Source: Candidatus Spongiihabitans sp.
GTDB lineage: Bacteria > Pseudomonadota > Gammaproteobacteria > Arenicellales > Poriferihabitantaceae
Direction: 5' to 3'
DNA: 64,000 nucleotides
Assembly: GCF_965237845.1 (NCBI RefSeq)
Contig: NZ_OZ250154.1
Span: 2,589,141 to 2,653,140, forward strand
The number at the start of each line of letters is the position of its first letter. The first letter of the stretch is position 1. The translations under genes were made by a program, and so were the position numbers. The notes below the pieces were generated by a model, which saw nothing but the letters and a program-made list of their open reading frames with translations, made no database searches and was not told where the DNA came from. Below, piece after piece: positions 24,541 through 33,951 of the stretch.

Positions 24541-24790
24541 CCGTCTACGCTGGCCGTCTCTAAAAAATATTTCATGCTCTCGCTTCACAAATATTAAAAT
24601 CTTTGTGTTACGCATGGCCTCTGTTATGTCTATTTTTTCAAGCATATCAAGGCTCCGCGCCGTTCGAAAAAATAGACAACGGAAAGTAAAACAAATCTTA
24701 AAAACACTTAAGAGCCTTTTATGACTCACCTGCGGTCTTTGACGACCCCGCATTGATTCAAGAAATCAAATCAATCGCGAGGTCCCAAAA
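24541..24790 (-). promoter_or_regulatory. L10 (rplJ) leader RNA, expanded by an internal insert
   Basis: Both conserved halves are present: AAGACCGCAGGU (24728-24739) and CCAGCGUAGACGG (24541-24553). Confidence 0.7.
24608..24672 (-). repeat. 65-bp hairpin repeat, copy B (inside the L10 leader)
   Basis: Inverted relative to copy A; forms its own stem gtctattttttcga...ttgaaaaaatagac. Confidence 0.8.
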
Positions 24791-24791
24791 C

Positions 24792-25490
24792 TTACCTGAT
24801 CGCCGAGATACTCGTGCGCTCAACTTTAACGCCAGGTCCCATTGTGCTGGACAATGAAACCCGTCGAATATATTGCCCTTTGGCAGACGCTGGTTTGGCT
24901 CTAATCAAAGCTGAAACCAGCGAATTTAAATTTTCTTCCAGATCATTCGGTGCAAATGACGCTTTTCCAATGGGACAATGGATTACCCCGGCTTTATCAA
25001 TGCGGAATTGCACCTGACCGGACTTGGCATCCTCAACCGCCTTGCTCACATCGGTGGTCACCGTGCCCACTTTGGGGTTTGGCATCATCCCTCGGGGCCC
25101 CAGAATCTGCCCCAGTTGACCGACTACGCGCATGGTATCCGGGGTCGCAATACAGACATCAAACTTGATTTCGCCTTGCTTGACGGCCTCAGCCAGATCC
25201 TCAAGACCCACAATATCGGCGCCTGCCGCTTTAGCCGCTTGTGCATTTTCACCGTCTGCAAATACGGCTACGCGGACAGTTTTCCCGGTGCCATTGGGCA
25301 ACACAGTCGCGCCTCGCACGTTTTGATCGGATTTTCTGGCGTTGATGCCAAGCATGATGGCGACATCAACCGTTTCATCAAACTGCGCCGAACACAATTC
25401 CTTGACCAGCGATAATGCATCGGCAACCGGATAGTGTTGTTCACGATCGACTTTTTCATTTGCCGCGCGAACTCGTTTACTTACTGCCAT
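24792..25490 (-). CDS. rplA: 50S ribosomal protein L1
   Basis: FDETVD...[15 protein letters not shown]...SSTMGPG; start placed at MAVSK. Confidence 0.98.
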   Translation of the reverse strand: MAVSKRVRAANEKVDREQHYPVADALSLVKELCSAQFDETVDVAIMLGINARKSDQNVRGATVLPNGTGKTVRVAVFADGENAQAAKAAGADIVGLEDLAEAVKQGEIKFDVCIATPDTMRVVGQLGQILGPRGMMPNPKVGTVTTDVSKAVEDAKSGQVQFRIDKAGVIHCPIGKASFAPNDLEENLNSLVSALIRAKPASAKGQYIRRVSLSSTMGPGVKVERTSISAIR

Positions 25491-25503
25491 GTTATGCCCC
25501 ATG

Positions 25504-25935
25504 TTACGCTCCCTCGGTCTCAATGCCCATACTGCGCGCACTGCCAGCGATGATTCGAACCGCCATATCCATGTCATATGAACTCAAATCGGGTTGTTTC
25601 ACTTTGGCAATCTCTTCTAGCTGTGCGCGGGTGACTTTAGCCACTTTATCGCGGTTCGGCACGCTGCTTCCCTTTTGAATTCCAGCCGCTTTCATCAGCA
25701 AAACTGAAGCCGGTGGTGTTTTCTTGATATAGGTAAAGCTTTTGTCAGCATATACCGTGATCACCACAGGTATAGGCAATCCTTGTTCCATGTCCTGGGT
25801 TTCGGCATTGAATGCTTTGCAGAAATCCATAATGTTGACGCCGTGCTGCCCTAATGCCGGACCGACTGGCGGACTCGGTTTGGCAGCCCCCGCTGGAACC
25901 TGCAGTTTAATATATGCGTCTATTTTCTTAGCCAT
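25504..25935 (-). CDS. rplK: 50S ribosomal protein L11
   Basis: [25 protein letters not shown]. Confidence 0.99.
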   Translation of the reverse strand: MAKKIDAYIKLQVPAGAAKPSPPVGPALGQHGVNIMDFCKAFNAETQDMEQGLPIPVVITVYADKSFTYIKKTPPASVLLMKAAGIQKGSSVPNRDKVAKVTRAQLEEIAKVKQPDLSSYDMDMAVRIIAGSARSMGIETEGA

Positions 25936-26025
25936 TTAAGACTCCTGATGGGTTCAAACGCTTAGGTTTCGCTAAGCTCCCCGGTTAATATTAAAAAACT
26001 TCTCGAACCGCTTGCTTCTAATCCG

Positions 26026-26730
26026 TTATCCTTTTTCGACCTGGGTGAAATCCAATTCCACTGGTGTGGAACGCCCAAAGATCGTAACCGATACCTTCAA
26101 CTTCGCTTTCTCAAAGTTTGTATCTTCCACGGTGCCGTTAAAATCCTGGAACGGACCATCGATTATTCTGACGATCTCGCCTGGCGCAAAAGTAAATTTC
26201 ATTTTCGGCTTGTCGGCACTGTCTGAAATTTGCTGGATAATTTCTTCCGCCTCTTGCTGGGTAATTGACATCGGCCGGTTTTCAGTGCCGCCAATAAACC
26301 CCGCAACCTTGGGAACGCTCTTGACTAAATACCAGGTTTCGTCTGTCATTTCCATTTCCACCAATACGTATCCGGGGAAAAATTTTCGTTCACTGGTGCG
26401 CTTCTGGCCTGCTTTCATCTCCACCACTTCTTCGGTCGGAACCAGAATCCTGCCGAAGCTGTCCTGTTTTTCAGCGCGAGTAATGTAATCTTGAAGCGAG
26501 TTTTTAACCCGCTTTTCAAATCCGGAAAATGCCTGCACCACGAACCAACGCATGTTGGGATTGCTGTTCTGTTGCTCGGCGCTGACTCCAACATCGGTTG
26601 CCGGCTTGCTTGTTTCACTCGCTCGAGGGGTGGCCTCCGTAGCGTTCTCAGATTGTTCTGCTGATGCCTGCTTAGCTTGAACCTGCACAGCTTCGGTTTT
26701 CCCGGCCTTGATTAATGTTTCATCATTCAT
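26026..26730 (-). CDS. nusG: Transcription antitermination factor NusG (possible long N-terminal extension)
   Basis: [12 protein letters not shown]...[10 protein letters not shown]...[10 protein letters not shown]. Confidence 0.97.
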   Translation of the reverse strand: MNDETLIKAGKTEAVQVQAKQASAEQSENATEATPRASETSKPATDVGVSAEQQNSNPNMRWFVVQAFSGFEKRVKNSLQDYITRAEKQDSFGRILVPTEEVVEMKAGQKRTSERKFFPGYVLVEMEMTDETWYLVKSVPKVAGFIGGTENRPMSITQQEAEEIIQQISDSADKPKMKFTFAPGEIVRIIDGPFQDFNGTVEDTNFEKAKLKVSVTIFGRSTPVELDFTQVEKG

Positions 26731-26731
26731 T

Positions 26732-27085
26732 TTATGTGCCTCTTACCCTGAGAATGACATCGTAAATCGTGTAAAACGATAACGCATCAAAGGCCCACAT
26801 CACCAAGCCAATAATGATGACCAATATGATGACGAATAGGGTCACTTGCAAGGCTTCCTGACGAGTAGGCCAAACTACTTTTTGACGCTCAACATTTGCG
26901 CCTTTAATGAAAGACCAGGCTGATTGGCCGGTTTCCGTAGTCAAGATCAAGCCGATGGCCAACGCCACGCCGACAATGACTATGCCGATGCGCCCCAATT
27001 GCATGAGATCACTAAACTGATAGTAGATCGCGACTGCTGACACGATTATCAGAATCGCAACTATTATTTTGATTTTATCTATCAC
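26732..27085 (-). CDS. secE: Preprotein translocase subunit SecE (3 TM type)
   Basis: KVVWPTRQE motif; lies between tRNA-Trp and nusG. Confidence 0.95.
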   Translation of the reverse strand: MIDKIKIIVAILIIVSAVAIYYQFSDLMQLGRIGIVIVGVALAIGLILTTETGQSAWSFIKGANVERQKVVWPTRQEALQVTLFVIILVIIIGLVMWAFDALSFYTIYDVILRVRGT

Positions 27086-27183
27086 TGGCTTTATATCTAA
27101 ATTTGTAGTCTTGCCGCATAAAAACCATTAACAATAAGGGCTAACAATAGATCGAGGCAAAACATACCATCCGTTAAGCACGA

Positions 27184-27259
27184 TGGCAGGCCAGGAGGGA
27201 ATCGAACCCCCAACCTGCGGTTTTGGAGACCGCCGCTCTGCCAATTGAGCTACTGGCCT
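27184..27259 (-). tRNA. trpT: tRNA-Trp(CCA)
   Basis: AGGCCAGUAGCUCAAUUGG...GCGGU CUCCAAA ACCGC...GGUUCGAUUCC...GCCA. Confidence 0.97.
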
Positions 27260-27446
27260 TCGAACCGACATGGGATGTTATGGACACCCTTATTTTGGAC
27301 CTGTTCAAAACTGTCTCATAATAAAACACCCGAGAGGCGAAACGAATCCCGGATGTTCTGGTAATATTTGATTAAAATCGCCTCTAGTTTACTGGCTAGT
27401 TTGCTGTCTAATTTACCGCCGAACCAATATCCGCGGCCTTTATTGA

Positions 27447-28640
27447 CTATGCAATAATTTTAGTCACCACGCCGGCGCCCACAGTGCGACCGCCCTCGCG
27501 GATGGCGAAGCGCAAGCCGTCTTCCATGGCAATCGGCGCTATCAACTCCACCGCCAACCGCACATTGTCCCCAGGCATCACCATCTCCACATCCTTCGGC
27601 AACTCGCACGCCCCCGTGACATCCGTCGTCCTGAAATAAAACTGCGGACGATAGCCTTTGAAAAATGGCGTATGCCGTCCACCCTCCTCCTTCGACAATA
27701 TATACACCTCTGCCTCAAACCGGGTGTGCGGCGTGATTGACTTCGGCTTCGCCAACACCTGACCACGCTCCACTTCCTCTCGCTTGGTACCGCGCAACAA
27801 AACACCCACATTGTCCCCTGCCCGACCCTCGTCCAATAACTTCCGGAACATCTCAACGCCTGTGCATACCGTCGTCATCGTCTCTTTCAAACCAATAATC
27901 TCAATCGCTTCATTCACCTTGACCACTCCGCGCTCAATACGACCGGTCACCACCGTGCCCCGACCGGAAATCGAAAACACATCCTCCACCGGCATCAAAA
28001 AGTCGCCGTCAACCTTGCGCTCAGGCTCCGGAATATAACTGTCCAAGGCCGCCGCCAACTTGAATATCGAACCCTCGCCCATCTCCGAAGAATCACCTTC
28101 CAACGCCTTCAACGCGCTGCCGACAACGATCGGCGTGTCGTCCCCAGGAAATTCGTAACTGTCCAGCAACTCGCGCACCTCCATCTCAACCAACTCCATC
28201 AACTCCTCATCGTCTACCAAATCAGCCTTGTTCAAAAACACCACGATATACGGAACCCCAACCTGTCGCGCTAATAATATGTGCTCGCGGGTCTGCGGCA
28301 TCGGTCCGTCCGCCGCCGAAACCACCACTATCGCGCCATCCATCTGCGCCGCGCCGGTGATCATGTTCTTGACATAATCCGCATGACCAGGACAATCCAC
28401 GTGCGCATAGTGCCGCGCCTCAGTCTCATATTCCACGTGCGCGGTCGCAATCGTGATGCCGCGCTCACGCTCCTCCGGCGCATTGTCTATCTCATCAAAC
28501 GCCTTCGCCGACGTGCCGCCGTACTTCGCCGACAATACCCTGGTCATCGCCGCCGTCAGCGTCGTCTTGCCGTGATCCACGTGCCCTATCGTGCCAACAT
28601 TCACATGCGGCTTGGTTCTCTCAAATCTCTCTTTCGACAT
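27447..28640 (-). CDS. tuf: Elongation factor Tu (tRNA operon copy)
   Basis: Protein identical to 9916-11109; lies downstream of the Thr-Tyr-Gly-Thr tRNAs. Confidence 0.99.
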   Translation of the reverse strand: MSKERFERTKPHVNVGTIGHVDHGKTTLTAAMTRVLSAKYGGTSAKAFDEIDNAPEERERGITIATAHVEYETEARHYAHVDCPGHADYVKNMITGAAQMDGAIVVVSAADGPMPQTREHILLARQVGVPYIVVFLNKADLVDDEELMELVEMEVRELLDSYEFPGDDTPIVVGSALKALEGDSSEMGEGSIFKLAAALDSYIPEPERKVDGDFLMPVEDVFSISGRGTVVTGRIERGVVKVNEAIEIIGLKETMTTVCTGVEMFRKLLDEGRAGDNVGVLLRGTKREEVERGQVLAKPKSITPHTRFEAEVYILSKEEGGRHTPFFKGYRPQFYFRTTDVTGACELPKDVEMVMPGDNVRLAVELIAPIAMEDGLRFAIREGGRTVGAGVVTKIIA

Positions 28641-28786
28641 GGTTCAATTCTCGCAAATTTCAAATAATCAAATAATCAATAACCTTATGGGCTAATTAAT
28701 ACGCCAATTTCACTAAAACCCAAGCTAAAAAACCTGAACTAAAAAACAACATCGTTCGGTTACAAATTCTTCACCGCCATACAAAC

Positions 28787-28862
<76 letters not shown>

Positions 28863-29016
28863 GCTCATAAAGACGGTAGAACCGCTTTAACCGTCATTTC
28901 ATTTCCGGCTACCTACAATCCGGCGATCCAGCCAGAACATCAACTAAACTCCACTAAGCGCTAGCTAAGTCCCGGACCGTTTTCAATCACCCCCCTCTCT
29001 TTCTGACCCGACCTTT

Positions 29017-29091
29017 TGGAGCGGGTGATGGGAATCGAACCCACATCATCAGCTTGGAAGGCTGAGGTTCTAGCCTTTGAACTACACCCGC
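29017..29091 (-). tRNA. glyT: tRNA-Gly(UCC)
   Basis: Cloverleaf with anticodon loop CUUCCAA and CCA end. Confidence 0.97.
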
Positions 29092-29125
29092 ATATCTTTC
29101 TAACTGCCAAGCCCCATTCACCCAA

Positions 29126-29210
29126 TGGTGGAGGGGGGAGGATTCGAACCTCCGAAGGCTGAGCCAGCAGATTTACAGTCTGCCCCCTTTGACCGCTCGG
29201 GAACCCCTCC
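29126..29210 (-). tRNA. tyrU: tRNA-Tyr(GUA)
   Basis: Cloverleaf with long variable arm, anticodon loop CUGUAAA and CCA end. Confidence 0.97.
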
Positions 29211-29359
29211 GACGAAAATCCAAGCAAACATTTAGTTTTCGCTTAATGCGCAGACTCTGTCAATGCCTAATGCTTATAAAATACCTTGTATTTTGAAATG
29301 CTTTTTTGACTCAATCTGAAGATGAGGATTGCTTCCCCCCAGCCATGACCACCTCAAAA

Positions 29360-29726
29360 TGGAGCCCGCAGAGGGAGTCGAACCCACGACCTGCTGATTC
29401 TTACCTGCTACCGTTTTCACGACCCCGATATAGCCTCAGCCATATAGGGTTTGGGGTCTGGACTTTCTCTTCACCATATCATCATCAACATGTCATCATC
29501 AAATTGATTCCGACTTAGGCGGGTGGTGTAAAGTCTCTACACTCCATCCGGGTTAAATATCAACCAGGACGTAGCACGGGATTGCCATTTTAATTTGCTG
29601 AAAGCCATCAATAGTCGCAAAATTAAAAGAAGGTTTCCCCGTTTTAGCCACCTCCACTTCATAAGTTTCCCCATGAAGGTGCAATTATTACAAATCAGCT
29701 GCTCTGGCCAACTGAGCTATGCGGGC
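29360..29726 (-). tRNA. thrU: tRNA-Thr(UGU), intron-split: exon 1 at 29726-29690, exon 2 at 29399-29360
   Basis: The joined exons give a 77-nt tRNA with acceptor GCCCGCA/UGCGGGC, anticodon arm GCUGA-UUUGUAA-UCAGC, T-loop UUCGACU and CCA. It occupies the thrU position of the tuf tRNA operon. Confidence 0.93.
29400..29689 (-). ncRNA. Group I self-splicing intron (IC3/Azoarcus-like), 290 nt, no ORF
   Basis: The 5' splice site follows U and the intron ends in G. P1 has a U-G wobble and P2 has a GAAA loop. P3 is GGUGG/CCACC. Core motifs: P AAAACGGGGAAACC, Q AUGGCAAUCCCGUGCUA, R GUGUAGAGACUUUA, S AAGAGAAAGUCC. P8 carries the CCUAAG...UAUGG receptor. Confidence 0.93.
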
Positions 29727-29842
29727 AGTTACCGCGAATTAATTCATTTAAATTCAATGAATTAAACGAGAATATCCGCCATTTTTTCTATTTCGGAATA
29801 AGATTTTACGAACTTCAAACCGAAATAAAAAATTGGAGCGCA

Positions 29843-29872
29843 ATTTTACGCAAAGTGAGGACTTAAATGCAA
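29843..29872 (-). promoter_or_regulatory. Candidate sigma70 promoter of the tRNA-tuf operon
   Basis: TTGCAT-18 nt-TAAAAT followed by GC-rich tgcgctcc, about 115 nt upstream of thrU. Confidence 0.5.
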
Positions 29873-29886
29873 TGGGCAATATTAAT

Positions 29887-29912
29887 TTTTAGGCAGGAAT
29901 TTTAGGCAGGAA
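29887..29912. repeat. 13-bp tandem duplication (ttttaggcaggaa x2)
   Basis: Read directly. Confidence 0.8.
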
Positions 29913-30060
29913 TTCCAGGCAATGTCGAAATCATTATTGCCCCCCCCCCGGATTTTGCCCGTTTTATGTCGAATGTATGTCGAATTTATTGCCAATGCCA
30001 AATCCTCATGCAATTTCCAGGCGGGTGCGTAGCAAAAAGCCGGCACAAAATGCCCAAAAA

Positions 30061-30927
30061 TCAACAATCGACCTGTAACAAACCTACAGCAGGCTCTACC
30101 CACTCATGGGTGGTCACCCAATTTTGTTCCACACTGTCAACGGCAATAACGATCCAGTTAAAGGGTCCCAATTGACGGTACTCGAGTTGCGATTTAGCCT
30201 GTACGTCTATGGATTGGAGGTGGGCAAGGAATTTTGCGGCCAATTCCTCCTGGGTGAAATAACCCAATGAAATCCTGACCGATCCGTTTTCAGCCAAGGA
30301 AACAAAATGCTCAAGGTTTTTACCTTTCAACCGCCGCACGACGGGCTCGGTGGATGAAATTGAACTGTAAGGTCCTAAATACACTCGAACCGCCCGCAAT
30401 TCTCGGCTTTCGCTGGTAACATGCCGAAATTCTATTCCATTCTGTCCCATCCATTTGGCAGCAGCCTGCCAGGATTGTTCCTGCTTAAACGGGCCCAATC
30501 GGTAGCAGGACTGCACGATGATTTGGGGCGTAGCCGGCGCCAATCCGGTTTTCGCTGTGGCTTCATCTACGCTGGAATTTGAGTCCTCATTTCCAACTAA
30601 CCCGCCATCCGATTGCTGGGCCTGAGTGTTTGTGTTGGCTGTGATTTGTTGGGTGGTTTGCTGTGAATCTTGTAAATCCGCTTCGCTTGACCCGGTTTTT
30701 TTTGTCTGGTCTTGAACCGATGCCATAAACGCCGAAGCAGAGGGTTGATAATCCGCAATATTTCCAAACTGTTTTAAGTTTCCGTTTTCGTTCAACAATA
30801 ACATACCCTCTTTATTAACATCGGGTTTTGAGCTAATGGCAGTCTCATTCACAGTAACCTGATGCCCGCTTGCCCAAAGATAGACCGCGACATTGACAAT
30901 CATCAGCAATGCGGCGATCCATTTCAT
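30061..30927 (-). CDS. SPOR-domain membrane-anchored protein
   Basis: N-terminal TM segment, low-complexity linker, then CYRLGPF...VYLGPY...ISLGYF repeats; usual birA-coaX-SPOR synteny. Confidence 0.8.
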   Translation of the reverse strand: MKWIAALLMIVNVAVYLWASGHQVTVNETAISSKPDVNKEGMLLLNENGNLKQFGNIADYQPSASAFMASVQDQTKKTGSSEADLQDSQQTTQQITANTNTQAQQSDGGLVGNEDSNSSVDEATAKTGLAPATPQIIVQSCYRLGPFKQEQSWQAAAKWMGQNGIEFRHVTSESRELRAVRVYLGPYSSISSTEPVVRRLKGKNLEHFVSLAENGSVRISLGYFTQEELAAKFLAHLQSIDVQAKSQLEYRQLGPFNWIVIAVDSVEQNWVTTHEWVEPAVGLLQVDC

Positions 30928-31736
30928 TGTGCCGATGCCTCGCTCAGCAGCAGCAACCCGATCAGCGCCAAATTTGATGCGTATTTCATATCATGAATGG
31001 ATAAACCGGAGATCCATTCAGCGTCTCCGCCGGTAATAATTACTTTTAATTCACGGTCTTTGGTGGCCAGATGATGAGCAATCGCCTGGTCAATTCCCGC
31101 CACTACCGCCAACATCACCCCATTTTCAACCGCAGATCGTGTATTGGTGTTTACGTAATGTATTTGCTTGGGTATCTGCTTCGTACTATATGAATGTGTC
31201 ATTTTTTGTATCTGACTGGTCGCCGAATTAAGGGATTCGATCATCGTCGCCACACCGGGGAAAATTATGCCGCCCAAAAAACCGCCCTCGCTATCGACAT
31301 AATCAATGGTCACAGCCGTTCCCGCATCAATAACGACAAGCGGCCGCGGTCCGGCGATGTGCCTGGCCGCAATATTCGCGGCCCAACGATCAACGCCCAC
31401 GGTCGCCGGGTTTTCGCAGCAATTTTCAACCCCCATGGCAGCGGCTTTGGCTTGAATAAAAATTGGCGAAAGCTTCCAGATGACCTTGCAAATTTTGACA
31501 ATATCGGTTTTGATGGATTCTGCGGATACGCAAGACACCCAAACCGATTCAGGCGCAGGCAACTTTTTGAACTGCATACCAAGCTGCTCCACCCGCTCGC
31601 TTGAATGAGTATTGATAATTTGATCGCTAATCATTTTATCGAGATCGCTTGGGGTTGGCGCGCCAACTGAAGCATTAATCTGATCGGAAGTTGCCCACTT
31701 CACCCGCCGGTTGCCGATATCGATTAATAATTTCAT
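30924..31736 (-). CDS. coaX: Type III pantothenate kinase
   Basis: LLIDIGN, GVDRW, VIDAGTAVTID and ITGGDA motifs. Confidence 0.95.
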   Translation of the reverse strand: MKLLIDIGNRRVKWATSDQINASVGAPTPSDLDKMISDQIINTHSSERVEQLGMQFKKLPAPESVWVSCVSAESIKTDIVKICKVIWKLSPIFIQAKAAAMGVENCCENPATVGVDRWAANIAARHIAGPRPLVVIDAGTAVTIDYVDSEGGFLGGIIFPGVATMIESLNSATSQIQKMTHSYSTKQIPKQIHYVNTNTRSAVENGVMLAVVAGIDQAIAHHLATKDRELKVIITGGDAEWISGLSIHDMKYASNLALIGLLLLSEASAQ

Positions 31737-32548
31737 GACATTTTATCGTCGTTTTCAGTAAGGGCCGTTTTCGCACGAATAGAAACTTCTCCACCGATAA
31801 CTCGCCTGATTGACCCGCTGCATTCAACCAGAAGCGCGCCGCTTTCATCAACGCCGAGCGCGCTTCCCGACCACTGATCGCCGGCAGACACAACCTCTAT
31901 AACCTGATTCTGATAAACATGCAGAGCATTCCAGCGCGTCGCGAATGATGCAAAACCAGTTAACATATACCGAGACAGAAATCGTTCATGATTGAGCGCT
32001 ATTGCGGCAACCAATTGGTCGCGATCTACCTGACAACCTAACGAGTATAAATCAGTCCACGGTTGATCAATTTGCCTGTCAAACGACGGTGGGATGCTAA
32101 CATTTATACCGACGCCGATTACACAATCCAAACCGGATATTTCAACCAGAATGCCGCCCAGTTTTTTTCCGTCGGCGATAACATCGTTAGGCCATTTCAA
32201 TTTTACCCCCGTAACACCGAGCTCGTGCAAGGACTGTACGACTGCCAAACCGGAAATCAATGACAGGCCTTGAGAACTGCTTTCCTGCAGCCCCCAGCCT
32301 ATCGATATGAGCACAGAACTTGATGCGGGTGCAATCCAGGATTTTCCACGGCGTCCTTTCCCGGAAGTCTGCCTTTCCGCCAGGCAGATACGGCCGTCAA
32401 TCCGCACCGGCGTTTGGTCCGGCGTTTTATTTTGTGCCAGCAACCATGAATTGGTGGATTCAATTTCTTCGAAATAATAAATTCGGTCGCCAGAAAATTT
32501 TTTCGATGGCACCAGCAATTCAGAAATTTTTTCGATGTTATGCTTCAT
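31733..32548 (-). CDS. birA: Biotin-protein ligase lacking the N-terminal HTH
   Basis: STN, Q..GKGRRGKSW, KWPND and KLGGILVE motifs. Confidence 0.93.
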   Translation of the reverse strand: MKHNIEKISELLVPSKKFSGDRIYYFEEIESTNSWLLAQNKTPDQTPVRIDGRICLAERQTSGKGRRGKSWIAPASSSVLISIGWGLQESSSQGLSLISGLAVVQSLHELGVTGVKLKWPNDVIADGKKLGGILVEISGLDCVIGVGINVSIPPSFDRQIDQPWTDLYSLGCQVDRDQLVAAIALNHERFLSRYMLTGFASFATRWNALHVYQNQVIEVVSAGDQWSGSALGVDESGALLVECSGSIRRVIGGEVSIRAKTALTENDDKMS

Positions 32549-32667
32549 GATTGATTTAAAATTAGTCCATTAGCTCGGTATAATTCAGTTTAGACCGAGC
32601 GTAAATAATTTTTGATATTATAAAAAACAGGTATAACACGCCACGCTAAATTCACCAAATAAGACAT

Positions 32668-33828
32668 ATGGCACAACCAAATCAACCGCGGCGCAATCAA
32701 ACTCGGGAAGTAAAAATTGGCGGCATTACCATTGGTAATGGGCATCCCATTGCAGTGCAAAGTATGTGCGCCACGCCAACCACGGATATTCCAGCCACCT
32801 TGAAACAGATAAAATCTCTGCAGGCGGTCGGTGCGGATGTTATTCGCATAGCGGCAGACAACAAAAAAGATGCCCAGGCATTGATCGAACTTCGCCAGCA
32901 AACACCAGCGGTGCTTAGCGTGGATTTACAGGAAAACTATCGTCTGGCAGAAATTTTAGCGCCTCACGTCGATAAAATTCGCTACAATCCCGGCCATCTT
33001 TACCACCATGAACGCAACAAACCGTGGAAGGATAAAGTGCGGTATCTGGCGGATATAGCAGATAAACACGATTGTGCTATGCGAGTTGGCGTCAATGCCG
33101 GATCTGTTGACCCGGATAAACTTGCGCGCCATTCCTCCGACATGCCCGCCGATGCCAGTGCCAGCGAGTCGGTGTTGCCCATGGTAGAAAGCGCTCTTGA
33201 ACATAGCGAATGGTTGGATCAAATCGGGTTTACCCGCTATTGTGTATCGCTAAAAGACTCTGACCCCAAAAAAGCAATTTCGGCATATCGGCAATTTGCA
33301 GACACCCGACCTGACATCCCATTGCATCTGGGCGTTACTGAAGCGGGTATGCCGCCGGAAGGAATAGAAAAAACCAGAATCGCTTTCGAGCAACTGATCG
33401 GCAAGGGCATCGGCGATACCATAAGGGTCTCGCTGACTTTGCCATATGACGACAAACACCAGGAAATTAGCGCTGGTCGACAAATATTAAAAGACATTTC
33501 AGCAGGTCGGGTCAGAACGGTGGTTCACTTCAATGAAAATAAATTGAATCTGATCAGCTGCCCAAGTTGCTCGCGGGTTGAAAACGAAGCCTTTATCGAC
33601 CTGGCCGAAAAAGTAAAAGCAACAACCCGGTATGCCGAAGATCATGCTATTACTATTGCGGTGATGGGATGTCGGGTAAACGGCCCTGGAGAGACTGATG
33701 ATGCCGACCTCGGATTATGGTGTGGCCCAAACTACGTCAACCTTAAAAAACGAGGGGAAAAAATCGGCGCATTCAAGTATGACGAAATTCTCGACCAGCT
33801 CGACAGCCAACTTAAATCCTTGATTTAA
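32668..33828 (+). CDS. ispG: (E)-4-hydroxy-3-methylbut-2-enyl-diphosphate synthase
   Basis: [38 protein letters not shown] and [12 protein letters not shown] motifs. Confidence 0.95.
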   Translation: MAQPNQPRRNQTREVKIGGITIGNGHPIAVQSMCATPTTDIPATLKQIKSLQAVGADVIRIAADNKKDAQALIELRQQTPAVLSVDLQENYRLAEILAPHVDKIRYNPGHLYHHERNKPWKDKVRYLADIADKHDCAMRVGVNAGSVDPDKLARHSSDMPADASASESVLPMVESALEHSEWLDQIGFTRYCVSLKDSDPKKAISAYRQFADTRPDIPLHLGVTEAGMPPEGIEKTRIAFEQLIGKGIGDTIRVSLTLPYDDKHQEISAGRQILKDISAGRVRTVVHFNENKLNLISCPSCSRVENEAFIDLAEKVKATTRYAEDHAITIAVMGCRVNGPGETDDADLGLWCGPNYVNLKKRGEKIGAFKYDEILDQLDSQLKSLI

Positions 33829-33951
33829 GGCGGCCTGAGCCTTATTATTCCGTCGCTTTTTGCGTGCCTGCGGTACGACAACAACGCTGAACAAATAAAA
33901 ATCAGGCTCTGGATAACTTGAGCGCAGCCTGTCCACTCCCGAGCAGTCAGG

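Noticed and set aside
24484-24753. 89-aa ORF upstream of rplJ
   Set aside because: It overlaps the L10 leader and the hairpin repeat and has no protein-like features.
933-28667. Many plus-strand ORFs of 60-170 aa antisense to ribosomal protein, rpoBC, fusA and tuf genes
   Set aside because: They are shadow frames of well-conserved genes and show no recognisable motifs.
29234-29263. Possible internal promoter upstream of tRNA-Tyr (TTGACA on the minus strand)
   Set aside because: The -35 is perfect but there is no convincing -10 at 16-18 nt.
29360-29399. Isolated tRNA 3' half read as an att-site duplication of an integrated element
   Set aside because: The matching 5' half lies 290 nt away and the intervening sequence has a complete group I core.
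29306-29518. 70-aa plus-strand ORF overlapping the intron, considered as a homing endonuclease
   Set aside because: It is antisense to the tRNA and intron, too short, and has no LAGLIDADG, HNH or GIY-YIG motif.
33715-33936. 73-aa minus-strand ORF downstream of the integrase
   Set aside because: Half of it overlaps ispG antisense and no family is recognisable.
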